Below, piece after piece: positions 1-11,344 of a stretch of DNA of 64,000 nucleotides. The stretch spans positions 11,579-75,578 of the forward strand of contig JBCCYL010000026.1 of the NCBI GenBank assembly GCA_039189765.1, written 5' to 3'. How positions within the stretch are numbered: position 1 is the first letter of the stretch; each line of letters starts with the position of its first letter. The notes under the pieces were generated by a model. That model did no database searches. It saw only the letters and a list, made by a program, of their open reading frames with translations, and was not told the DNA's origin. This DNA comes from Cyanobacteria bacterium P01_F01_bin.150 (lineage in GTDB: Bacteria > Cyanobacteriota > Cyanobacteriia > CAKZMO01). Both the position numbers and the translations under genes were made by a program.

Positions 1-464
1 AAGAGAAGCTCGGAGAAGAACTAGGCATATTGCATAAAGCATTATCAAGAATCCAAGGACCTGGTGAGCCTACTAGTTTTCCCCCAGCAGCTCGGATTGG
101 GGACATTGTTATACTTTTTAGACAGCAACCAACGCGTTTTTATATTACGGATACGGTCGCACTCTCCCAGGAAAGCCAAGAAGCCTTTTGGTCAGCTCAA
201 AAAACAGCTTTCGCTTTTATCTCATCGAACCAGGGTGATTATCATATTGTTACGCAAGATCAACGTATATACTATGTTGTTCTCCGAGAGGATTTCCCTT
301 TCTCTTCCGGCGCTAATGACATCATTAAAGCCTCGTATGAATATGACCAGAAGCCAAATCTTAAAGATTTAAACCGTAATTACTTAAAGTTAGCCAAAGT
401 TGAGGTTCATGGGGGGGCAAATGTCTGGATACTTAAAACGCGTGGGGAAATTAGCTTTGAATAA
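1..464 (+). CDS. 3' part of a hypothetical protein; probably starts upstream of the window
   Basis: Frame is open from the window edge to TAA at 464. ORF 30..464 begins at a TTG, so the true start is likely outside the window. Confidence 0.55.
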   Translation, partial: EKLGEELGILHKALSRIQGPGEPTSFPPAARIGDIVILFRQQPTRFYITDTVALSQESQEAFWSAQKTAFAFISSNQGDYHIVTQDQRIYYVVLREDFPFSSGANDIIKASYEYDQKPNLKDLNRNYLKLAKVEVHGGANVWILKTRGEISFE

Positions 465-632
465 GCTCACACACTTTGAATTTCCTCTATTTGGAAACCT
501 AAAATTTTAATCTGGATTAGGTTGTTCGTGTCAGTATTGCTATTCAATGGCATGTAACCTCACTTCTTCCAAATTAAATAGAAATTTTTAAGCTTTTCTG
601 TTTCAGATTTACTATGTAGACTTGTAGATATA

Positions 633-3113
633 ATGGTGTCAAGGTCAGTTGCTATCGATCCCTTGCAAGATTATTCTTTCAGCTATGTGATGCTGATACC
701 CAGCTGGGAAAAGCATCCTGAATCTCCGTTATTGCTTATTGTCCCTGATATCGCGTTAGCCTGGAAGACAGCTCCTCAGGACATCCTTGTTTGCGAAGGC
801 GTTACGCTAGATCGCATCCCCTTGACACGCTGGCGTCCTATCGATTGCACTGGCCCAAGCTAGTTTTGACGACTCCCGATGATCTGTTTCTGGCCGATTT
901 CTCCTTTATTCCCATGTCGCAGAGGCTATTCCAGGTGGTCTGATGCCCGAGAGGCCAAAACCCTTGATATGTGCAGGCGAACCTATTACGCCGCTGATTC
1001 CTCTCAAGCCCCTACTACTCAATTACTTTACGCCAGAAGAACTGATACAACGATTAACCTTTAGGCGTCTTCTCCCTCCAGAAGACGCCCAGGTTGAAGT
1101 TTCGCTGAGATTAACACTTTCCGGGCCAAATCACTTAGATAGTCCTAAAGATTATCACGTCACTAAAATTTATCCTCTGGAACAGAAAAATGTCCTAACA
1201 GCCATACCCGTCCTGGAAATTTGGCCTAACTTAAAGCTAAAGACTGGCGAACATACTATAGTCGCCACTTCGATTTAGGGGCAGGCAATCAAACGTTTCA
1301 GGTTCATTTTGAGGATGCCGCCGAAACAGTGCCCTTTAAAGATGATCAAGGTGCAAACTACTCGTTGATTCGATTGAGCGAATTTCCAACCAGCATTGAA
1401 TGTTGGCAGCAGGACAGCAAGCTTATCGGCCTGATTTTACTGAAACAGCCGCCAGACTATTTCCCCGATGCGGACTGGCGAGTGGGGATTGATTTTAATC
1501 CCTCGTTTACCAATATTGCCGTTGGCTGTGGAGGAAAAGTGGATCTTTTGGCGTTGGCACAAGATTTACACCTCAAGGTCACTAAGTCCCCGCTCAATAA
1601 GGGATTTCCCGCTTTGATCAAATATTTCCTCCCAGAGCGTTTTCTGCCAGCAGAGGAGCCTTTACCCTTGCACAGTATCCTGACTACCCGTGCAAGTCCG
1701 TGGGGAATAATAAAGTAGGAGAGCGACCTATTTTAGACGGACGGATCCTTCTCCCAAACTTACGGGATTTTACTCCACAGGAAGATTGGATTTATTGCAA
1801 TCTGGATTGCAATACAAATACTCTGAATGCCACTCGCTTATTTTTGAGAAATCTCATTTTGCTAATCTCAGCAAATGCTGTTAAGTAAAGGGCGAAAACG
1901 CTGATTTGGAAAATTTCCTATCCCACCCATCTCTCGCGCAACTCGCGCAATCTGCGCGTTAGGATTTGGAATGATCTACTTCAAGAATTGGCTATGATGA
2001 CCGGACTGAACTATCGTATTGCACATAATCCTGACTCCAGTCATTTTATGACCGAAAGCGTCGCCTTTGGTCAATATTGGCCTGTTCACGAAGAATTAGA
2101 ACTGGACTGTGCTGTTTGTTTGAATATGGGACCTCAAACCACAGATATTGGTATTTGGTGCCAGGAGCAACTGATTCACCAATGTTCAATCAATTTCACG
2201 GGTCGGGATTTATTTACAAACGTCCTGCGCCTCAAGCCTGCCTCTATTGCCCGGTATTTTGAACGCAATCCTAACGAGTGGCAGAACCTGAGTGGAGATG
2301 ATTTTTCCTGGAAATTAGCGGTCCTACTGCGCTGGGAGAGCCGGACTTGGCTTCGGAAAAAGCGGCCATCTCTCAAAGAAAATAAAGACTTCCAAGGACT
2401 GATTCGTATCATTGCTCTGGGCTTTAGTGGTCTTCACTACTATCTTGGGCTGGCCATGCAGTCATTAGCGACCCACGGGCTATACTCCAAAGACGATCTG
2501 CCCTCGATTTACCTGGGCGGCGGTGATATGGGGCGAGTGGGGTCCCCGCGTTTACACTGGCTCGACGAAGCAGGACAGTTTTATCCGCACACTGAAATCA
2601 ACTGGCTATTCAGTCACCTTTTGAGCAGTGCTGCTGGGCTACCCGTTACGCAAACGTATACGCACCTCAGCACTTCTCCACAACACGAAATTGCTTACGG
2701 GCTAATCTCCCCCAAGCCTCTCCTTAATCCGATTGCTCCCCATGACAGCCCACTATTTGTTGCAGGCGAAGCTTACCAGATTAACTTTACGCCCTGTGCC
2801 TGGAACCACCCTATCTTAACCCATAGAGCCTATTCGCCAATTTAGTATTCCTCAGGTCGATAATCTGGCCATTTTCCTGTATGAATTTCATCAGTGCTTG
2901 ACCAACCTTAAGCTTGATAGCGTTAAACCATTACCGGGCTACACGCCAAGCCCTGACCTATCAGCGAACCCAGAGCTATGGCAAAGCACCCAGGGCATCT
3001 TGGCACAGATGTTAAACGATCGCCATCTAACAGATAAGTCTGAAACCATAAAAATGAACCCGCCATTTATTTTGGCCCTGAAAGCATTGCTGACCCATCT
3101 AGGGAATCAATAG
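633..3113 (+). pseudogene. Fragmented gene for a large cyanobacterial protein with an actin/Hsp70-like ATPase fold
   Basis: Consecutive same-strand ORF pieces in changing frames (633-863, 943-1278, 1329-1718, 1700-1888, 1988-2845, 2898-3113). They carry degenerate phosphate-1 (WRVGIDFNPSFTNI), connect (TESVAF), phosphate-2 (CLNMGPQTTDIGIW) and adenosine (IYLGGG) motifs in the correct order. Confidence 0.7.
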
Positions 3114-3378
3114 GTCGACAATGAGCAGCCAAATTAAGCTACGCTGTCCATGCTCACGGCATAGAAGCTTTTGGGTTCAGCGAACTCTACCGTTCGATAG
3201 AGTTATGCTCAACATATACGGTCGCAAAGCCTGAGGCTTATGCTTGATCATAAACAGATTGGGTTTGGAACACGAAAAACGCTTTCCAAACCCAAGTTTT
3301 GTATTCACTATGCACGGAAAGCAGATCATATCTTCAAAGAAGAACGCGATCGCCACATTTATCACATGCTTTTAAGCA

Positions 3379-4545
<1,167 letters not shown>

Positions 4546-4937
4546 TTAGAAAATAATGCATGCAACAGGATGTAAATCAGGGAAGCTTAACAACTGCTAC
4601 AAGCCCTATTAAATAAGCATTCTAACTTTAATAAAGTTTAACTGAAGTGTTAATAGTTATTTATCTAGCATGGCATTTATTTGGTTACATTTTTTATCTT
4701 AGGTTAGCTTTTATTTTTATTTTGAAACTATTAATTGTCTTAGTGCTATCTGAAGCACATCTTTAAAGCGGCGATGGCCGATAAGACTGCATCCTATTTC
4801 AACGCTCAACATCCTAACCATTAAGTCTTTATTTAGGGGGACCAACTTAAGGAGAGAAATAGCGCGTCGCGCCCCATTTCTCTCCAATTTGTTTCGCCTG
4901 ACGTTGGAACTCTTTTTTAGTCTATTGGGCATCCTTA

Positions 4938-5036
4938 GGAATGAGGATTTAATTGCTTATCAATGCGTAGGGTGCCGTTAGCGATAGCGTAACGCACCGT
5001 TCCAGAAAGTTTGACACTTTAATAAATCCTCGTTCC
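4938..5036. mobile_element. MITE-like element (99 bp) carrying a GTAG-type REP hairpin
   Basis: TIR GGAATGAGGATTTA / TAAATCCTCGTTCC (13/14), TTA on both flanks; internal GTAGGGTGCCGTTAGCGATAGCGTAACGCACC at 4967-4998. Confidence 0.7.
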
Positions 5037-5064
5037 TTAGACTAGTCCCGCGTCAGCTTTATTT

Positions 5065-5097
5065 TGAGGGGAAAATCCCTGCGGGATTTTCCCCTCA
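5065..5097. repeat. Perfect 15-bp-stem hairpin inside a larger imperfect palindrome (about 5043-5119)
   Basis: TGAGGGGAAAATCCC-TGC-GGGATTTTCCCCTCA. Confidence 0.7.
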
Positions 5098-5299
5098 TTT
5101 ATTTTCCTGACAGAGTACTAATGAGCCAAAGGAGAAAAAATGCAGATTCCAAAATGGGTATGGTGTTGTTTAGGCGGCTTAGTTGGGATGGTCCCAATGA
5201 TGGGAGCTACGTTCTTAAACATGGATCAAGTGACATGTCAGAACCATGATTTTGCCGGAGACGTTGTAAAGACCATCGGTTCAGAGTGTAACCCTTGAG

Positions 5300-6826
5300 C
5301 TATCGCTGCCCTGTAAGGGTTGTCAACAATGGTGGCTCATCAAGTTCGTGCTTGGGCAATGCCCAAGCACGAACTTGATGAGCCATGATTTTCAAGAGTA
5401 TGCCCGGTGCCACTAGGTTATGAGGTTTATCCAACATATGATTGACCCGCGTCATTCGCTCATATACCTTTGCGTCCCGAGTAATAAGAGCCAACAATTG
5501 GGATTGATACCAATTGTTAAAGCGCTCCAACAAAGTATGGGGTTGATTACGGTTAATGTACTGCTGATCCATTTCCGTTGCCATTGACCAGGGAATTTCT
5601 TCCGCCTTGGCAAACTGTTGTTGAATGGTTTGACACCAATCCGAACGGAGCGCATCGGGTAACTGATGTAAAGCGTGATCTAAAATTTGGGCTTCGATCG
5701 CGGCCATTGTGATGCCTTGACCATACACCGGGTTAAAGGCACAGGCAGCATGACCCATCACCAAGAAATTGTCTGGGTACACGGCCAGCTTTTCGTAGGC
5801 TCGCAAACGGTTTTCATTACCGCGATACACGTAAATACCGCTCAACGGCTTAGCATCTTTAATCGCGTTGTAGATTTCAGGCGTTGGCAGACTGCGAGCG
5901 TACTCCAAATATTCTGCCTCATTGGTTGGTGGATAATCGGGAGCCGCCCCTCCCAATCCAACAATCCAGCGATCGCCCTCCACTGGAAATAAGATAGCCG
6001 CTCGCGTCTGATCCGGTAAACTGGGCCAAACAATTGCCGCTTTCCACTCCACCGACGGCTGGCTCGGGAGTTCATAGATGCGATGGGCGTAGCCAATACG
6101 GGCATCTAGAAACGTTTCATCAGGAGCTTCATAGCCCAAAGCCTGGAGCCATTGGGGAGCTTTTGAGGTTTTACCACTTGCATCGATCACCAAATTGGCC
6201 ATCAATGTTTGCTCACCATCTGCGGTCTTAACGTGAACTCCGCCGATTCCCTTTTGGTCTGGCATGCCCACAAGCGATGTCACTTTTGCCCCTTCTAGAA
6301 ACTGAATATTAGACTGCTGGCACAATCGTCGTCGAATAATCCAATCCAGCAATCCTCTTGTGGGCGAAATCGTGAGAATAGAGCTTGCGTCTTTCTTCGC
6401 CACACCATACTGACTAAAGAAGCAAATGTCTTGAGAATCGTTCAACAGAGGAGCACCGTGGGAGACTAATTCATCGGTCAAACCAGGAAATAACTCCTCC
6501 AGAATAAGCTGGCCTCGCTGAAGCAGCACATGGAGAAAACGAGACTGGGGTATCCCTTTACGAGGCGTTGGCTCCATTGGATAAACATCACGCTCGATAA
6601 CCGTCACCTGTTGATAATGCTTGGCTAGAATGTGACCGGCCAGTAGCCCCGTCATACTGCCACCAATCACAATGGCATGGCGGAAATATTCGGGAGAATG
6701 GGCAGAGACAACCTTACCGTTATTTACTGTATTTTGCTTGAATGGCATCCTGGCATAGAGTTGGGCAAACATCGAAGAGGCGGTCTTGGACTGTGAAGTC
6801 TTCGCTTGCAATGTCTTGAGTGGCAT
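5300..6826 (-). CDS. FAD-dependent monooxygenase/oxidoreductase (UbiH/epoxidase-like)
   Basis: AIVIGGSMTGL dinucleotide motif, VIDASG (DG motif) and G(H)AACAFNPVYGQG (GD-motif region). Confidence 0.85.
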   Translation of the reverse strand: MPLKTLQAKTSQSKTASSMFAQLYARMPFKQNTVNNGKVVSAHSPEYFRHAIVIGGSMTGLLAGHILAKHYQQVTVIERDVYPMEPTPRKGIPQSRFLHVLLQRGQLILEELFPGLTDELVSHGAPLLNDSQDICFFSQYGVAKKDASSILTISPTRGLLDWIIRRRLCQQSNIQFLEGAKVTSLVGMPDQKGIGGVHVKTADGEQTLMANLVIDASGKTSKAPQWLQALGYEAPDETFLDARIGYAHRIYELPSQPSVEWKAAIVWPSLPDQTRAAILFPVEGDRWIVGLGGAAPDYPPTNEAEYLEYARSLPTPEIYNAIKDAKPLSGIYVYRGNENRLRAYEKLAVYPDNFLVMGHAACAFNPVYGQGITMAAIEAQILDHALHQLPDALRSDWCQTIQQQFAKAEEIPWSMATEMDQQYINRNQPHTLLERFNNWYQSQLLALITRDAKVYERMTRVNHMLDKPHNLVAPGILLKIMAHQVRAWALPKHELDEPPLLTTLTGQR

Positions 6827-7052
6827 GGGGTATTCCTCGCAATGCGATTGGGGCTGGATTGCAGTCTGGGAGATGTGTAAAACGTAGCTTATTTAATTGT
6901 GGAGCGTTCATGTAGCGTTGAACCGCAATCCGCCGTTTTTATTCGCATCCATTATGTCAAGAGCAGTCCTAAATGCCACTACCCGATCGGGTGATGTTAG
7001 CCATAAAAAATGATAAATTTTTGCCGTAGACGCAGGGATAAACAGCAACGAT

Positions 7053-7757
7053 ATGAAGAGCGGACGGAGTCAGTGGCAAGTCAGAGGGACATTATTTATG
7101 GTGGGTGTCAGCTTAGGGTTCTGGATCGGCGCACCAGTGATGGCCTCCACCGCAACGGCTGAAAATTATCGCATTCAGGGGCTAACCTATCGCCAGCAAG
7201 GGCGATTTGATGAGGCGATCGCCGCCATGGAAGCAGCCGTTACCCTTGATCCAAACAATGTCTCTGGTCAAGTGCTCTTAGGCTGGACCCAACATCTAGC
7301 GGCCCAAGGGCCAGATGCCGCTACCACTCTCACCACCGCCATCCAAATTGATCCATTTCATGTTGAAGCGTCCAATGCTCTCGGTATTGTTCATTTGGTT
7401 CAGGGGAACTTATACTCGGCAATTGTGACCCATCTATGGGCATCCTATCTTCAGCCCAACAATGAAATTGCTTACTTTAATTTGAGTTTAGCGACTCAGC
7501 GCCTTGGCTATTACGAATGGGCCATTGAACTTGCGGCCCAGGCTGTTGAGCTGGAACCTTACAACCCTCATCCATTAATTGCGGAGGCGATCGCCCACTG
7601 GAGCATAGGCAATCGTGAAGAGGCGGAGGATAGATATGGAGAGGCGATCGCCCTCAGTCCTCGCTATCGGACCGCTCAGCTCCCCACTTACTTAAAGGCC
7701 GCTGCCTTTAGTCCTGACCAAATTCAAGTCGCACAACAAATTCTCGCGCGTCTGTAG
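7053..7757 (+). CDS. Exported TPR-repeat protein
   Basis: Signal-peptide-like N-terminus; TPR patterns (G..Y.QQG.FDEAIAA....V.LDP.N; A..LEP.N). Confidence 0.85.
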   Translation: MKSGRSQWQVRGTLFMVGVSLGFWIGAPVMASTATAENYRIQGLTYRQQGRFDEAIAAMEAAVTLDPNNVSGQVLLGWTQHLAAQGPDAATTLTTAIQIDPFHVEASNALGIVHLVQGNLYSAIVTHLWASYLQPNNEIAYFNLSLATQRLGYYEWAIELAAQAVELEPYNPHPLIAEAIAHWSIGNREEAEDRYGEAIALSPRYRTAQLPTYLKAAAFSPDQIQVAQQILARL

Positions 7758-7924
7758 TGATATCAATCACAATCATCACCGACGAAGAACACAGGGAGAA
7801 ATTTGGAATATTATCCGGATGGGCTGAATCTATTGATAGACAAACACACAGACACACAAAACAACGCCCCTTTCTGATATCCGTTTCTCATTCATGAGAC
7901 TTTTTTTCATAAACACACCCACGG

Positions 7925-7955
7925 TCCCAGGTCATTGATGACCTGGGATTTTTTT
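7925..7955 (+). terminator. Rho-independent terminator, possibly ending a small RNA
   Basis: TCCCAGGTCA-TTGA-TGACCTGGGA followed by T7. Confidence 0.85.
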
Positions 7956-8118
7956 AGTCTTGTTTTTCACCAATCTCCCAACATGCATTGGGTTCTGAGT
8001 GACCCATCCTCTCCCATCCACAACCCTCTCCAGAAAAATATAGGTTCTTCTCCGTAACTCCCAGTTAAGCCAATGTAGCTTGGAACGTCCCCTAATAATT
8101 AAATGCTAAGGGTGAATC

Positions 8119-8805
8119 ATGTCCCAGTCCATCGAAGCATTGCAAGATACGTGGCTAAAAAAAGATTATCGATATGGTGCCGCCGACCTTACGGACAGCC
8201 ATAAGGTTGCAGCAGCCAAGGGCAAGCGATATAAAGTCCTGTCCTATGACGAGCGAGACGGTAGAACTGAAATGGGTGGCCATTTCAAGATTGAGCTTGA
8301 TCATGGTGGTGGCACCTGGTACATTTTTGCCGAACACTGGCAGTTACCGTGGCAAGTATTTGTCAAAGAACCGCTTCAAACCGTTCCTGAGTGGAATGAA
8401 GTGGACTGGACCGACTGGAATGCAGCGGTCTCCAAATATTTCACCGTTGGTGAAGTAACTAATATGTCTCGCGAACGCATTCCCACTGCCACCGAGATCA
8501 AGAAGAATATTATTGCGATCGCCCGTCACATGGACGACATTCGCGAGTGGTGGAATGGTCCTCTGGCGGTTAACTCTTGGTATCGTCCCTGGCATGTTAA
8601 TGCTCGCATTGGCTCCCGTGCTCCTAACCATCCCAATGGCTATGGCATCGATTTTCGTCCCCTTGGCGGCTCGGTATGGGAATTGCAAAAACGATTCCAA
8701 AATGAGTGGTACAACACTGGGAAATGGAATGGTGGCTTTGGACTCGGAGCTAGCAAAGGATTTATCCACCTTGACCTCCGAAACAAGCGCATCTGGAACT
8801 ATTAG
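8119..8805 (+). CDS. Peptidase M15A-like (D-Ala-D-Ala carboxypeptidase family) Zn peptidase with an N-terminal accessory domain
   Basis: SKYFTVGEV, NSWYR...N, H-x6-D (HPNGYGID) and FIHLDLR. Confidence 0.85.
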   Translation: MSQSIEALQDTWLKKDYRYGAADLTDSHKVAAAKGKRYKVLSYDERDGRTEMGGHFKIELDHGGGTWYIFAEHWQLPWQVFVKEPLQTVPEWNEVDWTDWNAAVSKYFTVGEVTNMSRERIPTATEIKKNIIAIARHMDDIREWWNGPLAVNSWYRPWHVNARIGSRAPNHPNGYGIDFRPLGGSVWELQKRFQNEWYNTGKWNGGFGLGASKGFIHLDLRNKRIWNY

Positions 8806-9833
8806 CGATCGCTCGGCCGTCGTCGCTTTGAGTTAAGCTCCCGTTTGACCGCAATAGACCATTTGTCCACCATCGTCATCATCGCTGGCATCGTTGGTGC
8901 AGCCCGATCTGCCAGATCTAGCTCTCCAACCACATCATTAAACGTTCGTCCCTTCGTCATTCGATAGCCAATTTCCTCTACCTCTTCCCACGTTAAATCA
9001 CTATCTACAAACGCCTGGGTCATGGTAATCAACAAGTCTTGATACTGATTGCCCTCTTCCTTGGTCATCATTGTGTGAGGAATATCTAAGACCCGATCAA
9101 AGCGATGGTACCAACAGCTCGGTTGATACTTAAGTGCCTTTTCAAACAGGGCATAGTGGTCTCGATTGCCAACAGCTTTATCGCTTTCACTGGAAATCAT
9201 AAAGAAAGGCGCGGATGGACCCCTGCGCCCTTTTTTTAAGACATGTCTGCCAATTTGTAAGATGGCGCGGAGAGCGGGTAGGCTAAAGCCCAAATAGCTT
9301 GGCCCCATAGTGCGAGACCATGCAAAATAGCCGTCCATTTTCTCTACAAAAAGATCAATCACCTTATTGCTATTGCTGAGATAGGGCGCAAATAACACCG
9401 CCCGATCCACCATCTCTGGTTTTTCCACAGCCAACCAACTTGCTAATGTGCCACCGCCAGAAAGCCCACCCACGATGACGCGATCGCCCAGCAAATGGGC
9501 TAGCTGGAGCCAACGCAGCGCAAATCGCAGATAACTCTTGGCATCGGTTAACAAAGGCGGGGGATTATGCTTTCCCCACTCACCAGCCTGACCATGGCCT
9601 GGCATCAGCGGCACTAAAACATTATGGCCATGCTTAAATAGTGCCTCGGCCATCGGTGCAAATTGATAAGGTCCGGCCGTAAAGCCATGAAAGAAGAGGA
9701 ATACTTTTGAGGTCTGTTGGGGAGCAAAATAAAACCGTGAACGACAGTCATCATCAAAAAGCGGGAGGTTCGTTTCAGAGAGACGAATGTTTTCAGAGAG
9801 CGTTGCCGTAATCTTTGAATAATCCTCTGGCAT
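8802..9833 (-). CDS. Alpha/beta hydrolase (carboxylesterase-like)
   Basis: FFHGFT oxyanion motif, GLSGG nucleophile elbow, Asp (SESD) and His (IPH). Start placed at MPEDY; the ORF extends to 9860. Confidence 0.85.
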   Translation of the reverse strand: MPEDYSKITATLSENIRLSETNLPLFDDDCRSRFYFAPQQTSKVFLFFHGFTAGPYQFAPMAEALFKHGHNVLVPLMPGHGQAGEWGKHNPPPLLTDAKSYLRFALRWLQLAHLLGDRVIVGGLSGGGTLASWLAVEKPEMVDRAVLFAPYLSNSNKVIDLFVEKMDGYFAWSRTMGPSYLGFSLPALRAILQIGRHVLKKGRRGPSAPFFMISSESDKAVGNRDHYALFEKALKYQPSCWYHRFDRVLDIPHTMMTKEEGNQYQDLLITMTQAFVDSDLTWEEVEEIGYRMTKGRTFNDVVGELDLADRAAPTMPAMMTMVDKWSIAVKRELNSKRRRPSDR

Positions 9834-10173
9834 AAGCTTAGTGGATCGTTTGCAGTACAACCTGACGAGATATGCTGCAATTTTACGGCGTTATTATGTT
9901 TTTTGTCTTATGCCGAAATGTTGTGAAACAGATTCTGGGGTCTCAAGAGCTTTAGGCTTGAGCAACATGGGAATCAACTTAAGGTGGGAAATTCTGTTTT
10001 TTGGACATGGTGTACTTAGCGAGCTAGCGAGTTGATCCCCAAAATTGCTAAGGGATGAAACAAAGTTGTTTTTTCGTCGTCAGGAAAAAGAAAGGCAAGC
10101 ATAATTAAAAGTTAATTAAATTGATGTCTATACAAAGATATTGATTTGGTTCCCTGGTTAGGATTTCACCTTA

Positions 10174-10284
10174 GAGGGTGTCTGAAAATCCAAAGCTGAG
10201 AGCTAAAATATTGATTCTTTCGTTGAAGCCCAATGGACGAAACAGCACTTTTTTATGATGCGATGCCCCTTTTCAGACACCCTC
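10174..10284. mobile_element. MITE (111 bp) with IS5/IS1031-type ends
   Basis: Perfect 15-bp TIR GAGGGTGTCTGAAAA / TTTTCAGACACCCTC, flanked by a TTA duplication. Confidence 0.85.
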
Positions 10285-10403
10285 TTAATCGGATATGGGA
10301 TCATCGGTGGTCAAGGGACTGTCTGTCCCTATCGAATGCCCAACGTTGATGCTCATTCTCGGCTGTATCGGAGTCATTTATAAATCGTGATGACAGAACT
10401 ATC

Positions 10404-10970
10404 GTGAGGAGCCTTATATCCATGAAACGTTTTTTGAAGAGTTGCCAGAATCACGTTGGACAATTACAAGCCATAAGCTGTCTAAAGGTTCTTTCCCCTT
10501 TAGCCTTGATCTCATTAACCGCATTTATGCCTGAACCAATTCTCCCCACGGCTTGGGCAAGTACCAATATTCCTGAGACGATCGCATCTTTACAACAAGA
10601 GCAGCAGCGCTGGCTGGAGGTGGATTTATCCAAACAGCGCCTAATCGCTTGGGAAGGCAATACCCAGGTTTATGCGGTCGTTATTTCGGCTGGAACTGAA
10701 TTTGACCCTACTCTACCAGGATCGTTTACGATTCAGTCTAAGCATGAAAGCGCTCGCATGCGTGGAGAGGGCTATGATGGTTCAACCTATGATATTGCCG
10801 ATGTGCCTTTTACCATGTACTACGACGGTAATTATGCGATTCATGGGGCCTACTGGCATGAAAATTTTGGGACACCCGTAAGCCGAGGCTGCATTAATGT
10901 CGCCGTTAATCATGCCGAGTGGTTTTTCTCTTGGGCATCGGTGGGGACTCCCGTGGTCGTTCACTATTAA
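10404..10970 (+). CDS. L,D-transpeptidase (YkuD family)
   Basis: LEVDLSKQRL, YAIHGAYWH...SRGCIN catalytic His/Cys, GTPVVVH; the start may be at 10422. Confidence 0.9.
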   Translation: MRSLISMKRFLKSCQNHVGQLQAISCLKVLSPLALISLTAFMPEPILPTAWASTNIPETIASLQQEQQRWLEVDLSKQRLIAWEGNTQVYAVVISAGTEFDPTLPGSFTIQSKHESARMRGEGYDGSTYDIADVPFTMYYDGNYAIHGAYWHENFGTPVSRGCINVAVNHAEWFFSWASVGTPVVVHY

Positions 10971-10998
10971 CAATCCAATGCTATAGGTATGCTGCTGG

Positions 10999-11030
10999 CC
11001 CAGAGAGGTTGTAAAACCTCTCTGGGTTTT
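10999..11030 (+). terminator. Intrinsic terminator after the L,D-transpeptidase gene
   Basis: CCCAGAGAGGTT-GTAA-AACCTCTCTGGG-TTTT. Confidence 0.75.
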
Positions 11031-11053
11031 GAGCTAATTGCCAAAAACAAAAT

Positions 11054-11146
11054 TATACTCTGCACGGCTGAGTGCTGGACTTTTTATAAGGTGTGTCCTC
11101 CGCTGCGCGGGGGACACACCTCCAAATCTTAGCCGTTGGCAGTATA
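11054..11146. mobile_element. Degenerate MITE-like palindromic element
   Basis: Imperfect TIR TATACTCTGCACGGCTGAG / CTTAGCCGTTGGCAGTATA (14/19); internal hairpin AGGTGTGTCC...GGACACACCT. Confidence 0.5.
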
Positions 11147-11344
11147 CCGTGTTCTCTGGTAAAACGAGTGCAGGGAATATTGCATGAGAACAACTCCGAT
11201 GACAACAAGGTCATTAAGTCCGTCCTAAATTGCTGATGTACGTCTGGCATCTTCCAAGCTTTCAGGAGCAAAGCGTCGTGCCTTCTCCCGGTGTCACTAA
11301 AGCGATTACTAAATTCAGTAAGGCTAACCTTAAATACGGCTCCC

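Noticed and set aside
3159..3243. GGTCGCAAAGCCTGAGGCTTA resembles part of a c-di-GMP-I riboswitch
   Set aside because: The GGCAAAC/GAAA tetraloop arm is missing, it lies between convergent 3' ends, and it is better explained as one arm of an imperfect inverted repeat.
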